Shown: in pieces, positions 55,265 through 64,000 of the stretch
Position numbering within the stretch: the stretch's first letter is position 1
How the letters are laid out: the number at the start of each line of letters is the position of its first letter
IMG/VR virus record: IMGVR_UViG_3300032038_000048
Location: 22,360-86,359 of that record
Length of the DNA stretch: 64,000 nucleotides
Reading direction: 5' to 3' (one strand)
Source: a virus
Taxonomy: Duplodnaviria > Caudoviricetes
Program-made: the position numbers and the translations under genes
Notes under the pieces: generated by a model
The model's database searches: none
What the model saw: the letters and a program-made list of their open reading frames with translations, nothing else
Told to the model about the DNA's origin: nothing

Positions 55265-55274
55265 GGATGATTTT

Positions 55275-55572
55275 TTCTACCTACATTCTACCTTAAACTA
55301 AAAAATATGAGTTAACTATCAGATAATCAATAATGTAGCTTAATCCCAACGGAATCACATGATTGGGTACTACAATAAGTACCCTTTTTTGTTGAAAATC
55401 AACAACTTAGATAGGTTTGAAAACTGTTTCGGAATTAAGACTGGTAGAATAAAAATGGCTGATTTTAGTGGTTATTTTCGGTTATTTTCGGTTATTTTTG
55501 AAAAAATATTCTACCGCGCTTCTACCGATGTATTCTACCATTTTCAAGTAAAATAAGTACCAAAATTCTACC
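55275..55572 (+). other. attP-like site: tRNA 3'-end core with arm-type repeats
   Basis: AATCCCAACGGAATCAC (55342-55358) looks like a tRNA T-arm/acceptor 3' end; TTCTACC at 55275, 55286, 55509, 55520, 55533, 55566. Confidence 0.7.
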
Positions 55573-55634
55573 AAAAACAAAAATCTTCATAAAAATCCAT
55601 AAATCCAAGAGTTAAAACCTAAAACCCCAAAAAT

Positions 55635-56846
55635 ATGAAATACCCTACAACAAGGTTTGTCTTCGACCGAAAGAAGACTGCAACAAAGAATAAAGATGCC
55701 CTTATTCAAGTAGAAATCCTGTTCGGAAACAAAAAGAAATATATTTCCACTGGCGTAAGGGTGTACAAGGAGCAGTGGAGCGACAAAAACCACATTATCA
55801 AGAGAAATGATATGCTCTCTCTGAATGACAGAATTGAAAGCGTAAAGAAAAACATTGATGGCTACATAAATGGTCTAATAGAAAATTCTACCGCTTTCGA
55901 GTGGGTAGAATTTCAGCGGTTTATTGCCCTCCAGAACAATAAAAGAGAAGAAGAAACATTTCTGGAGTATATGGAGCGCAGAATTGAAGAAAGAAAAGAT
56001 ATATCCATTGGAACAAAACGCAACCACGTTAAAGTACTTAACATTCTAAAACTCTATAACGGCATCGTAACCTTCAAAGAACTAACAAAGCAGAATATCC
56101 TCTCGTTTTACGAATGGTTACAAAAAAGAAAAGTAACAAAGATAGCATCCGATGGTACGCAGATAAAACAACCGATGGCACAGCAAACTATATCAAGTTA
56201 TATTAAGTGCCTGAATGTCTATATTCACGATGCTCTCTCTCATGAGATAATCAGCAACAACCCAACCGTCAATCTGAAAATAAAGCGCGGAGAAAGCGAA
56301 CCAGACAGATGGCTATCAGAAGAAGATGTCGCCAAAATAATCAACAAACCAATGCCCACAGGCAGCCTCCAAAGGGTGAAGGACAGATTTTTAATACAAG
56401 TCTACACTGGCTTGTCATTCGTTGACCTAATGGATCTTAACATAAGTAAGATAGAAACAACCAGCACTGGCTCAGTTATCGTTGGGAATAGGATAAAAAC
56501 AAAAGAGCCTTACGTTATCGCAGTCCTGCCTGAGATAGAAGAAATACTAAAGAAATACGATTATAAGCTGCCGCCAATCAGTAATGAACAGTATAATATC
56601 CGTCTAAAAGTGATGGCTGAGATATGCGGTATCAAGAAAAGACTCGCATCTCATTGGGCGCGTCGTACCTTTGCTTGTCTAATGATTAACAGAGGTGTAA
56701 GGGCAGAAACCCTTGCTCAAATAATGGGACACTCGGACACCAGGACAACACTGGAGTTCTATGCGAAGATGAAAAAAGAAACCGTTGTATCTGAAATGAC
56801 TACTGCGATGAAGAAGAAAGTCCGCAAGAAGAAAGTGCGCAAATAA
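55635..56846 (+). CDS. int: Phage integrase (Bacteroidota IntDOT-like tyrosine recombinase)
   Basis: N-terminal arm-binding region (FVFDRKK...YISTGVRV), YTGLSFVD with Ser at the first catalytic Arg position, SHWARRTF, MGHSD, EFY. Confidence 0.9.
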   Translation: MKYPTTRFVFDRKKTATKNKDALIQVEILFGNKKKYISTGVRVYKEQWSDKNHIIKRNDMLSLNDRIESVKKNIDGYINGLIENSTAFEWVEFQRFIALQNNKREEETFLEYMERRIEERKDISIGTKRNHVKVLNILKLYNGIVTFKELTKQNILSFYEWLQKRKVTKIASDGTQIKQPMAQQTISSYIKCLNVYIHDALSHEIISNNPTVNLKIKRGESEPDRWLSEEDVAKIINKPMPTGSLQRVKDRFLIQVYTGLSFVDLMDLNISKIETTSTGSVIVGNRIKTKEPYVIAVLPEIEEILKKYDYKLPPISNEQYNIRLKVMAEICGIKKRLASHWARRTFACLMINRGVRAETLAQIMGHSDTRTTLEFYAKMKKETVVSEMTTAMKKKVRKKKVRK

Positions 56847-57356
56847 TCAACGTATTGCTTTTTGTACAATCTCCATTGTCCTGTCAATCTCAAACGTACA
56901 TACACCAACGGTCTTATACTTACGCAAAAACCACATCTCACGGTCTGTTTTGGAATGACATGGCATACCTATGGTTTCTTTGTTGTTTAACAATAGGACT
57001 ACCAGTTTCTCCGATGGAATAAACACATCGGCAAACTTCCACTTACCTTCAATCTCAATAGGATATTTTACATAGAACTTGATATTGGAGTCTTTCAGGT
57101 GCTGACACATCACACGAAAAGGCTTTATAATATGACTGAGTATGGTTTCGCGGTATTCGTAAATCCACCCGGGAAACGTCTTTTGAAGCGAGAAAAGGTC
57201 GATTTCATCGGCGAACTCAACAAAAAAGGCTTCTCTTTCAGTTATTCTTCTCCTAAAGTGATACAGTTTTCTTTTATCCTGCTCTTTCTCTCTCACGCGC
57301 ACACGCTCGCAGAAGATATTATCTTTCTTGTTGTTATAATAATTAAGCTCTTTCAT
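56847..57356 (-). CDS. Putative PD-(D/E)XK (DUF559-like) nuclease-domain protein
   Basis: FYVKYPIEIEGKWKFADVFIPSEKLVV. Confidence 0.5.
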   Translation of the reverse strand: MKELNYYNNKKDNIFCERVRVREKEQDKRKLYHFRRRITEREAFFVEFADEIDLFSLQKTFPGWIYEYRETILSHIIKPFRVMCQHLKDSNIKFYVKYPIEIEGKWKFADVFIPSEKLVVLLLNNKETIGMPCHSKTDREMWFLRKYKTVGVCTFEIDRTMEIVQKAIR

Positions 57357-57390
57357 TGACTTTTATTATTACGTTCTTTTTTAGGTTCAA

Positions 57391-58182
57391 TCAATTACCA
57401 TGATGTGAGAGATTGATATTTCTCCCCGTGTAAGAGTAGACGTTTGAAAAACGCAAATACGCAAACTTGTATCGCAGAGAGAAAACAACATTAGAGTAAA
57501 GTTCTTCAAAAACCTTCTTCGTAAGAGAACAGAAATCATCTGCTTCAATGTTCAGGGTGAGCTCTCGTGTTTTTTTTGAAAGAAGTCCCTTTTTTATTGC
57601 TGACTTAACCGTTTTTACAGCCTTACCATGTTTACGCGCAATTAACTGCTGAATACGAATATTTGAAAGACCTGTAAACTTGTCACAGAAATCTTTTTGT
57701 AGCATACGACTTTCCCTCCGTTTTGCTGAACGCAATTCTGCAACACAGCTGGGAGAGGTCGCTCTTTTGTGCGTATCTTTGCAATCATTCTGCATCTTCA
57801 CTTGGTTCACAACAATCATAGTCTCAATTATTGCGCGAACATCGGTAAGTGTAAGACGGTTTTTCTTATTGTTTTTCTTTGCTTCTATAAACCATTCCCG
57901 TTTTAAGATGGCGGAAAAGAACTTATTTTCGTGAAGCTTGCAGGCGATAAGACTATCCCCATCATAGCGCAGGAAACCGTATTGTAAACCATCTTTAAGG
58001 ACTTTGCGCAGTTTGTCCGATCCTATCGCAAACAACTCTTTAAGTCTTCTCTGTGTCGGGTTGGTTATCAAGGAATTTATGCGCTCCTGTTTGATGAGTA
58101 TGGCGAAAGCGAGGGCATCAATCATGTCCTTATTTCCTGCCACCATCCGCAAGACTTCTGTTCCTACTCTCAGTTTGCGCAT
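57391..58182 (-). CDS. Rep-like/HTH DNA-binding protein
   Basis: Likely start MRKLRVG at 58182 (track 58335 runs through the promoter and leader); two HTH-like segments. Confidence 0.55.
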   Translation of the reverse strand: MRKLRVGTEVLRMVAGNKDMIDALAFAILIKQERINSLITNPTQRRLKELFAIGSDKLRKVLKDGLQYGFLRYDGDSLIACKLHENKFFSAILKREWFIEAKKNNKKNRLTLTDVRAIIETMIVVNQVKMQNDCKDTHKRATSPSCVAELRSAKRRESRMLQKDFCDKFTGLSNIRIQQLIARKHGKAVKTVKSAIKKGLLSKKTRELTLNIEADDFCSLTKKVFEELYSNVVFSLRYKFAYLRFSNVYSYTGRNINLSHHGN

Positions 58183-58183
58183 A

Positions 58184-58312
58184 ATAAAAAAATAACCCCG
58201 CGACCAGAGACTGATGATCGTGGGGTATTTGTTGTTTATATAGATAGAGGTGTTAACCTCCGAACAACCGTAAATCTTTTGCAATTCAGTCTCATATCGC
58301 AGTGCAAAAATA
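58184..58312 (-). promoter_or_regulatory. Promoter plus attenuator-like 5' leader
   Basis: TATTTTTG (58305-58312); terminator-like CCCCACGATC...GTCGCGGGG-TTATTTTTTT just before the ATG; GAGACTGA upstream is complementary to TCAGTCTC in the terminator loop. Confidence 0.55.
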
Positions 58313-58371
58313 GCATCAATTATTTTTACACGCAAGTAATTAACCCAAATTAACTAAAAATAGAATTACTG

Positions 58372-58502
58372 CAAATAACCACAAATAACCACAATAATAA
58401 CTGTTAACTAAAATCGCTTGTATGATAGGGGTTTATGGTTTTGATAAATATTACAATAAATGTTAAAATTGTAAATAACCACAAATAACTACAAATAACC
58501 GT
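58372..58502 (+). repeat. Two clusters of 10-bp AAATAAC(C/T)AC direct repeats
   Basis: Copies at 58373, 58383 and 58473, 58483, 58493. Confidence 0.75.
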
Positions 58503-58679
58503 AAAAATAAACGTTAATACGAAATTATGTTACACTAACAATAAAATAATCATTGTAAATTTGCAGAAGAAAGGTCTGTTGGTGGAACTCCAGATATAAT
58601 AGAAATATAACGAGAGCATTAGGTAAGGGTGACGAGTTCCACAAGAGCATCCGAGCCTTTTGCTCTTAGTTTTTTTAAT

Positions 58680-58943
58680 ATGAGAATAAGACAAACAGAG
58701 TATTATACCATCCAACTTGAACAGGATGAAAAGAAATACCGCATAGAGATTGTAGATGCGTCCTTCTGGGATCTTGTCGACTTACTAAAACAAACAGTTT
58801 CGGCATGTGGGCATAGTGAAGACAAAACAAATATCTTAATCGAATATGTTTCAGGTGAGTGTACGCCTGTAACTAATGGTGACTGCAAGGTGGATATTGA
58901 TGAGTTGCATCACAGGTTGTTATTATCTTTAAGACAAGTGTAA
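58680..58943 (+). CDS. Hypothetical protein
   Basis: Likely start MRIRQ at 58680; TAAATTTG promoter box at 58556. Confidence 0.6.
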   Translation: MRIRQTEYYTIQLEQDEKKYRIEIVDASFWDLVDLLKQTVSACGHSEDKTNILIEYVSGECTPVTNGDCKVDIDELHHRLLLSLRQV

Positions 58944-58945
58944 AC

Positions 58946-59287
58946 ATGAAAAAGATAATCAACCATATCGTCACCAACCTACTGGCAGACCTGTCCCCGA
59001 TAAGGGATATGTACCTTGAAGACGGAGAGACCTGTCACTTCTGCGCAGGCATAAGAAGCGATTATTTTACAGAGGTCTATATCGGGATTGACAAGATGGT
59101 ATTTGTTAAAACCTACGGCCCTGCGGATCGCGAGCACTACCTGTTGGATAAAGAAGTAGAGCGTGTACTTAAAGAGCGCATCGACTTCAAAAAAATCCAA
59201 CGTGAGGCAGAGGCAGTAAAGATGCGTGCTAAAATACTTGAAAGGAATGATCCTGTATTGTTCAACTATATCAAAGAAATATTATGA
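58946..59287 (+). CDS. Hypothetical protein
   Basis: 113 aa, coupled to neighbours. Confidence 0.7.
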   Translation: MKKIINHIVTNLLADLSPIRDMYLEDGETCHFCAGIRSDYFTEVYIGIDKMVFVKTYGPADREHYLLDKEVERVLKERIDFKKIQREAEAVKMRAKILERNDPVLFNYIKEIL

Positions 59288-59688
59288 GAGAAAGCGGATA
59301 TTATGCTCCAGGCACGGAGTTCGACCCACACGCGCCCTGGAACGAGAAGGAGATAGAGCCGGTGACTGAGCGTATAGAGTATTCTATCGCCCTGCGTAAG
59401 GTGGCAGATGTTGAGACCACCAACTACGAGCCCGGCATCGTGGAGCAGGACGAGGACGGCTACATGGTGCGCGACGATGATGATTTCTCCGCCACCGACT
59501 GGGCCGAAGAATTTCGTGGGCAATACAAGACACCCATGCAGCTGATAGAGATACTGCAAGACACAGCCAAACTTCTCAAAGAGGGAATTGTGCCTAATAA
59601 GAGCAAGTCCTACTGGCAGAACGTACTTGAGCAGTGCAAGGGCTGGGAGGCCGACACTGATAACGAATACGCGGAGGAGGCACGATGA
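59284..59688 (+). CDS. Acidic hypothetical protein
   Basis: GYYAPG..DP.APWN; ATGA overlaps. Confidence 0.7.
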   Translation: MRESGYYAPGTEFDPHAPWNEKEIEPVTERIEYSIALRKVADVETTNYEPGIVEQDEDGYMVRDDDDFSATDWAEEFRGQYKTPMQLIEILQDTAKLLKEGIVPNKSKSYWQNVLEQCKGWEADTDNEYAEEAR

Positions 59689-60041
59689 AACACCTCATCA
59701 TTATCATCCTCTTCACCCTGCCCCTCACCATGACCGCCCAGACAAAAGACGAGGTGCTGGCGGAACTAAAAAGACAGGGGGTGCCGCACGCTGGGATAGT
59801 GCTTGCTCAGGTACGGCTGGAGACTGGTAACTTCAAGTCTGCCTTATGCCGCAAGCATCACAACCTCTTCGGCATAAAGCGCGGCAGAAGTTATGCTCAC
59901 TACACCACATGGCAGCAGTCGGTGGCGGACTACAAGAGGCGAATATCCTCCCGCTACAAGGGCGGTGACTACTACGCTTTTCTCAGAAAGATAGGATATG
60001 CCGAGGCAAAGGACTATATTCAGAAACTAAAGCGGTTTTAG
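59685..60041 (+). CDS. Glucosaminidase (GH73-like) cell-wall hydrolase with signal peptide
   Basis: IVLAQVRLETG, HNLFGIK, GYAEAKDY; hydrophobic N-terminus ending TMTAQ. Confidence 0.8.
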   Translation: MKHLIIIILFTLPLTMTAQTKDEVLAELKRQGVPHAGIVLAQVRLETGNFKSALCRKHHNLFGIKRGRSYAHYTTWQQSVADYKRRISSRYKGGDYYAFLRKIGYAEAKDYIQKLKRF

Positions 60042-60308
60042 ATGGGAACGCGCCACATCTGCTATAGTTGTCACCTTGTAAGGTGCTGCGGGGGATGCTG
60101 CCATACTTGCAAGCATCCATGCGGTATGATGCACGACTGCGCGATACACGACAACAGTATGAGCGAACTGGAAGGCTGGGAGTGGTTTTACAACGTGACG
60201 CGTGTCATCAGCGCGGAAAAGGTTTTAGAGTTAGACAAGACTGCCATCCCGCTGAGATTGCAACGGTGGGCAAAGCAACTGAAAAGCGTACAACTAAAAT
60301 TATTTTAA
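60042..60308 (+). CDS. Cys/His-rich small protein
   Basis: Starts immediately after the upstream stop; 9 Cys in the first 33 aa. Confidence 0.55.
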   Translation: MGTRHICYSCHLVRCCGGCCHTCKHPCGMMHDCAIHDNSMSELEGWEWFYNVTRVISAEKVLELDKTAIPLRLQRWAKQLKSVQLKLF

Positions 60309-60329
60309 TAAAAATAAAGTCAACGACCT

Positions 60330-60515
60330 ATGAGAATAAGACTCTACCGAAAAGCGTGGTGCGAGGGCGGTTTTTTCTATGCCCGAAAAGAAACGTGCTC
60401 ATGTAGTGGTGGCGGTTGTAAAAAGCCGCACACGGAAGGCTTTTCTATAAGCGTAGGACGGACAGTGTTACGCCTGTCTTTTAATAAACCTAAATGGTGC
60501 AAAGCACCATTCTAA
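60330..60515 (+). CDS. Small hypothetical protein
   Basis: 61 aa in operon. Confidence 0.45.
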   Translation: MRIRLYRKAWCEGGFFYARKETCSCSGGGCKKPHTEGFSISVGRTVLRLSFNKPKWCKAPF

Positions 60516-60535
60516 AAATTATAAACTTAAAACCT

Positions 60536-60748
60536 ATGACAGACTATAAAATCACAGTACGACGCTGCCATGAATTAGGCGGGATAATGGTTAAGGTAGG
60601 AAAAGAGGATATGTACAACAGTATTTGTTTTGAAAGCGTTGCCGACCTTGACCACTTTATCTATCAGTTAAAGCAGGCTTCATTTGAGTATCAGGTGGGG
60701 CTGGCACACACTAAAGAAATCGAACCTCTGGAGGGGGTTGAGTTATGA
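60536..60748 (+). CDS. Small hypothetical protein
   Basis: Likely start MTDYK at 60536, within track ORF 60494. Confidence 0.55.
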   Translation: MTDYKITVRRCHELGGIMVKVGKEDMYNSICFESVADLDHFIYQLKQASFEYQVGLAHTKEIEPLEGVEL

Positions 60749-60784
60749 ACGGAAACGACACCGAATGGTGGGATTGGGGGTAAT

Positions 60785-61132
60785 ATGAACCACGATATGA
60801 AAGCATACAATGAACTTGTAGGTAAGATAAAGCAGGCTTACTTGAACGCACAAACTAACAGCACAAAGGCTGTGCTGGAAGATATTCTGCCCGAACTCAA
60901 AGAGAGTGCGGATGATAAGATAAGAAAAGGTATAAAAAGTGTTTTAAAACACTATAAAGAAAGTGGAGAAGTTGTTTGTCCTTACCCATTTGTTTCAATA
61001 GATGATGCGCTTGCTTGGCTTGAAAAGCAAGGTGAATCTGATGAAACAAAGGCAAAGATGTTTCTTATGAATAAAGGTTATCCGATTGACGCAAATGGTA
61101 CATTTCCAACATACGATGAGATATATTTCTAA
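60785..61132 (+). CDS. Hypothetical protein
   Basis: ILPELKESADDKIRK...ALAWLEKQGE. Confidence 0.7.
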   Translation: MNHDMKAYNELVGKIKQAYLNAQTNSTKAVLEDILPELKESADDKIRKGIKSVLKHYKESGEVVCPYPFVSIDDALAWLEKQGESDETKAKMFLMNKGYPIDANGTFPTYDEIYF

Positions 61133-61147
61133 TGGAAGAATAAAGTT

Positions 61148-61438
61148 ATGAAACAATACATAGACAAAAATGCTTTAGTGGCAGAGATTAGAAAACGCTT
61201 ACTGCCAGTAATTAGAGATAAGCATTATGATGAATGGGAAGAAGGACAAGATAGCGAATGTATAGCAATACTTAACATCATTGACACCCTTGAGGTGAAA
61301 GAGGTGGATTTGAACAAGGAAATATCTCAGTTTATAGACACTAATTTTGAAAAAGCAACAATAGGTCACAAACTAAGTTTAAAACGTACTGCAAAACATT
61401 TCTATGAACTTGGGTTAAAAACGCAGAAAGGAGAATAA
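61148..61438 (+). CDS. Hypothetical protein
   Basis: MKQYIDKNALVAEI...AKHFYELG. Confidence 0.7.
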   Translation: MKQYIDKNALVAEIRKRLLPVIRDKHYDEWEEGQDSECIAILNIIDTLEVKEVDLNKEISQFIDTNFEKATIGHKLSLKRTAKHFYELGLKTQKGE

Positions 61439-61472
61439 GACATGAAATGGAAAAACAATGGAGGAATAAACT

Positions 61473-61694
61473 ATGAGTTGGATAAGTGAAAGTAATAGAT
61501 GGAAGCATTTTCTATATGCTATACCATGTGGATTAGTGTTTACAATACTGTTTGTCTTAGGACTTGCAGCAGGCATGGAATTTAAGGACGTATGTTATGG
61601 GAATCACTGGGACAATCTTGATTTCCTCGCCACCGTTTTAGGTGGGCTTGTGGGGCAGGCTATTCAGATTGGAATTTTATTGATAATACTATGA
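61473..61694 (+). CDS. Small membrane protein
   Basis: Two hydrophobic segments; KHFLYA...GMEFKD...DFLATVLGG. Confidence 0.7.
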   Translation: MSWISESNRWKHFLYAIPCGLVFTILFVLGLAAGMEFKDVCYGNHWDNLDFLATVLGGLVGQAIQIGILLIIL

Positions 61695-61885
61695 GCATAA
61701 TTGACGACAAGTCGAAGGGGTGCCGCAAATGGATAAAAGACCCTGTGCATCTTAACGAAATAGAGGATGCTTATCACGCTGGCATGACCGACATACTCGA
61801 AGAACTTGCCGACCGCATCGAAAAGGCGGAAATCGTGAATACAAAGCAGGTGCTGGAGTGGATCGAAGAACAAACAAAGGAATAA
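61691..61885 (+). CDS. Small hypothetical protein
   Basis: ATGA overlap with upstream gene. Confidence 0.6.
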   Translation: MSIIDDKSKGCRKWIKDPVHLNEIEDAYHAGMTDILEELADRIEKAEIVNTKQVLEWIEEQTKE

Positions 61886-61889
61886 GGTT

Positions 61890-62450
61890 ATGATACAATT
61901 AAATTTAGACTGGCACGAAGCTTTGTGGTACCTGCAAGGTGCCATGAGCGGCAGTCACCTCAGATGGAGCGTTTACAAGGATATGGTCAACAAGGTCTGG
62001 CCGCAATGCTCAGAGGGTGAGCGGAAGAACATCTTCACCATCATGCGGCGCGAACTCGGCTACTGGTGGAGACCAGACGGATGGAGAGCAGAACAGGACA
62101 CCGACAAAGAAGGTGCGTGGAAAAGCGAAAGCGACATATTCGACAAGACACCGTGGATGTACTTCCGTCAGGTGCTGGCGAGATATAACCCCGACTGCCA
62201 GTTTGCCGTTACTCTGCCAGTGAAGACCAGTGCGGAGTTAGACAACATGCTAAAACTCACGCCTCCTGCCACCATCATCAGCGTACCAAGAACACCACGC
62301 ACGGCAAAGGCATACGACGAGTGGAAGAGCGACACGGCCACAATCACCGTCCGCGCATACAAGTGGCAGGGTGAGTATTACATAGACTGGACTCGCCGAT
62401 GTGCAGAGGATAGGATTGTAAAAGTGGAAAAGTTATTTAATAGTATTTAA
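61890..62450 (+). CDS. Hypothetical protein
   Basis: 186 aa, Trp-rich. Confidence 0.7.
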   Translation: MIQLNLDWHEALWYLQGAMSGSHLRWSVYKDMVNKVWPQCSEGERKNIFTIMRRELGYWWRPDGWRAEQDTDKEGAWKSESDIFDKTPWMYFRQVLARYNPDCQFAVTLPVKTSAELDNMLKLTPPATIISVPRTPRTAKAYDEWKSDTATITVRAYKWQGEYYIDWTRRCAEDRIVKVEKLFNSI

Positions 62451-62559
62451 TAGTTTGTAGTTTGGTAAATTGAAAAGACAGCCGTACAGCGGTGCGGCAC
62501 AGTTGACATTTTTGCAAGTGAACTGAAAGTTTGTAAAATGTTACTTTTTATCTTGTTTT

Positions 62560-62845
62560 TAAGCCCGTGAGGGTGACTGACATAAGTTTATATTTTGTGC
62601 ATATACGTTATTTAATTCAAAATTAGATTTTTTCTGACCTGCCTGTGAAGGTCGGTCAGGCTTTAAAAAGGCTATTTTTTGGTTTTATGTTTTTATGATT
62701 TTTCCGCCCGCGAGGGTTTTTCTTACACCTACCATTAGGTATTAAACAAAGTTGAATTAAGGTCACAGCGGTGGCTGACATATATCGTAATTTATTGTAA
62801 TCATTTTGATAATTTCTCACTGCCTCCTGTGAAGGCCGCAGTGTT
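62560..62845 (+). ncRNA. Candidate structured RNA with four GYGA-loop hairpins
   Basis: CCCGTGAGGG (~62567), CCTGTGAAGG (~62642, ~62827), CCCGCGAGGG (~62708) in an ORF-poor gap. Confidence 0.35.
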
Positions 62846-63011
62846 TTATCGGTCAGAAAAGCGGCAATACAACGGAGCAAGGCCGCAAGGGAAGAAATAC
62901 GTATCAGGGCGCATAGCTACAAGTCTCGTTTACTCTGGTATGCCTCGCATTACCCTCCTAAGATGAGCAGCGTGTTCGACTCACGCCTGACCGACTTAAA
63001 ACATAATACAA

Positions 63012-63788
63012 ATGATTGACATTGACAAGATTTACAACGAGGACTGCCTCGAAGGGATGAAGCGCATCGCTGACGGAGCGGTGGACTGCATCATCACCGA
63101 TTTGCCGTATGGCGTGCTCAACGAGCAGAGCGAGGGCGGTTCGTGGGACAGCATCATCCCGCTGGAGCCGATGTGGGAGCAGTTCAAGCGAGTGACCAAG
63201 CCCAATGCGGCCATCGTGCTGTTCTGCCAAGGCATGTTCACGGCAAAGCTGATGATGTCGCAGCCGAAGATGTGGCGATATAATCTGATATGGGATAAAG
63301 ACCGAAAGAGCGGATTCCTTAATGCAAACAGGATGCCGTTACGTCGCCACGAGGACATCGCCGTGTTCTATCAAGAACTTCCGACGTACAATCCGCAAAT
63401 GGAGAAAGTTGCACCACATCGCCGTAATCATACGAGGGGCGATATGAAAGGGCAGTTGAAGAATCGTTGCTATGGTGGTTTTGTTGCAACACCGACAATT
63501 ATCAGTGACGAGAAATATCCGACCAGCATCATCTACATTCAGCGAGAGCACGATGTAAAGCAGTTCTTTCACCCCACCCAGAAGCCCGTTGACCTCTTGC
63601 GCTACCTTATCCTGACCTACTCGAACGAGGGCGACACCATCCTCGACGCAACGATTGGCAGCGGCACGACGGCTGTGGCGGCACTGATGGAGAAGCGCCA
63701 CTTCATAGGCTTCGAGACCAACAAGGAGTATTTCGACATCGCGCAGGGCCGCATCGACCAAGTGCTGCGCAATCCGACGCTCTTCTAA
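63012..63788 (+). CDS. Orphan DNA methyltransferase (N6/N4, beta class)
   Basis: DCLEGM, TDLPYG, HPTQKPVDL, ILDATIGSGTT, FIGFE. Confidence 0.92.
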   Translation: MIDIDKIYNEDCLEGMKRIADGAVDCIITDLPYGVLNEQSEGGSWDSIIPLEPMWEQFKRVTKPNAAIVLFCQGMFTAKLMMSQPKMWRYNLIWDKDRKSGFLNANRMPLRRHEDIAVFYQELPTYNPQMEKVAPHRRNHTRGDMKGQLKNRCYGGFVATPTIISDEKYPTSIIYIQREHDVKQFFHPTQKPVDLLRYLILTYSNEGDTILDATIGSGTTAVAALMEKRHFIGFETNKEYFDIAQGRIDQVLRNPTLF

Positions 63789-64000
63789 TCCGCTCAATCT
63801 CCGTCATCCGTGGTCGAAAAGAATAATCCGTGGTCAGCCATCACCCCTCAGACATCAGCCGTCTGAAAAAGTCTGTCCCATTCCTGTCAGCGCGATGTAT
63901 TAACTTCGTAGCAGCACGAAACAATGTCCGCAAGGACTCAGGCAAAAGCAGTACCTTAGCAGACGAAAACGGAAAAGCCCCCGAAACGGAGAAGTATACT

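Noticed and set aside
55342-55358. tRNA gene
   Set aside because: Only the 3' 17 nt are tRNA-like; upstream sequence cannot form D or anticodon arms. Interpreted as the attP core.
55635-57356. Prophage boundary with host DNA after the integrase
   Set aside because: Genes to the right remain phage-like (small ORFs, glucosaminidase, orphan MTase), with no housekeeping genes.
62958-63797. Minus-strand ORFs overlapping the methyltransferase
   Set aside because: Antisense shadows of a GC3-rich gene that has clear MTase motifs.
1-64000. Stop-codon reassignment or a diversity-generating retroelement
   Set aside because: Genes are full length under the standard code with high coding density; no reverse transcriptase or TR/VR pair was seen.

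Overview
The whole window is one temperate tailed phage (long tail, siphovirus-like) of a Bacteroidota host, probably Prevotella/Bacteroides-like, judged from TAnnTTTG promoters, AT-rich ATTATG starts, DUF4494/DUF932-type genes and an IntDOT-type integrase. No host genes are visible, and an intact attP-like site suggests the excised form. Layout: tail and head genes run leftward (1-16.6 kb); terminase with intein, portal and head morphogenesis run rightward (16.8-22.8 kb); RuvC and a D5-type helicase follow (22.7-27 kb); then an AT-rich skew switch (27-27.8 kb); a long rightward array of small genes (27.8-46 kb) ending in FtsK and a second tyrosine recombinase; a leftward replication/recombination operon (46-54.4 kb); CI, attP and integrase (54.6-56.8 kb); a Rep-like gene; and a rightward accessory operon (58.7-63.8 kb). 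Best candidates for new biology: (1) a nuclease-dead Cas12f/TnpB-like protein flanked by two different 36-nt CRISPR-like mini-arrays and a tracr-like segment, with some repeats abutting gene starts; (2) three glycosyl/phosphoglycosyl transferase genes inside the tail operon, while capsid and tail-tube proteins both end in Ser-rich tails terminating in SASS, suggesting virion glycosylation; (3) a conserved ACT-hairpin-AGTACGA element before many of the small genes. All protein family calls come from motif recognition by eye, not from database searches.
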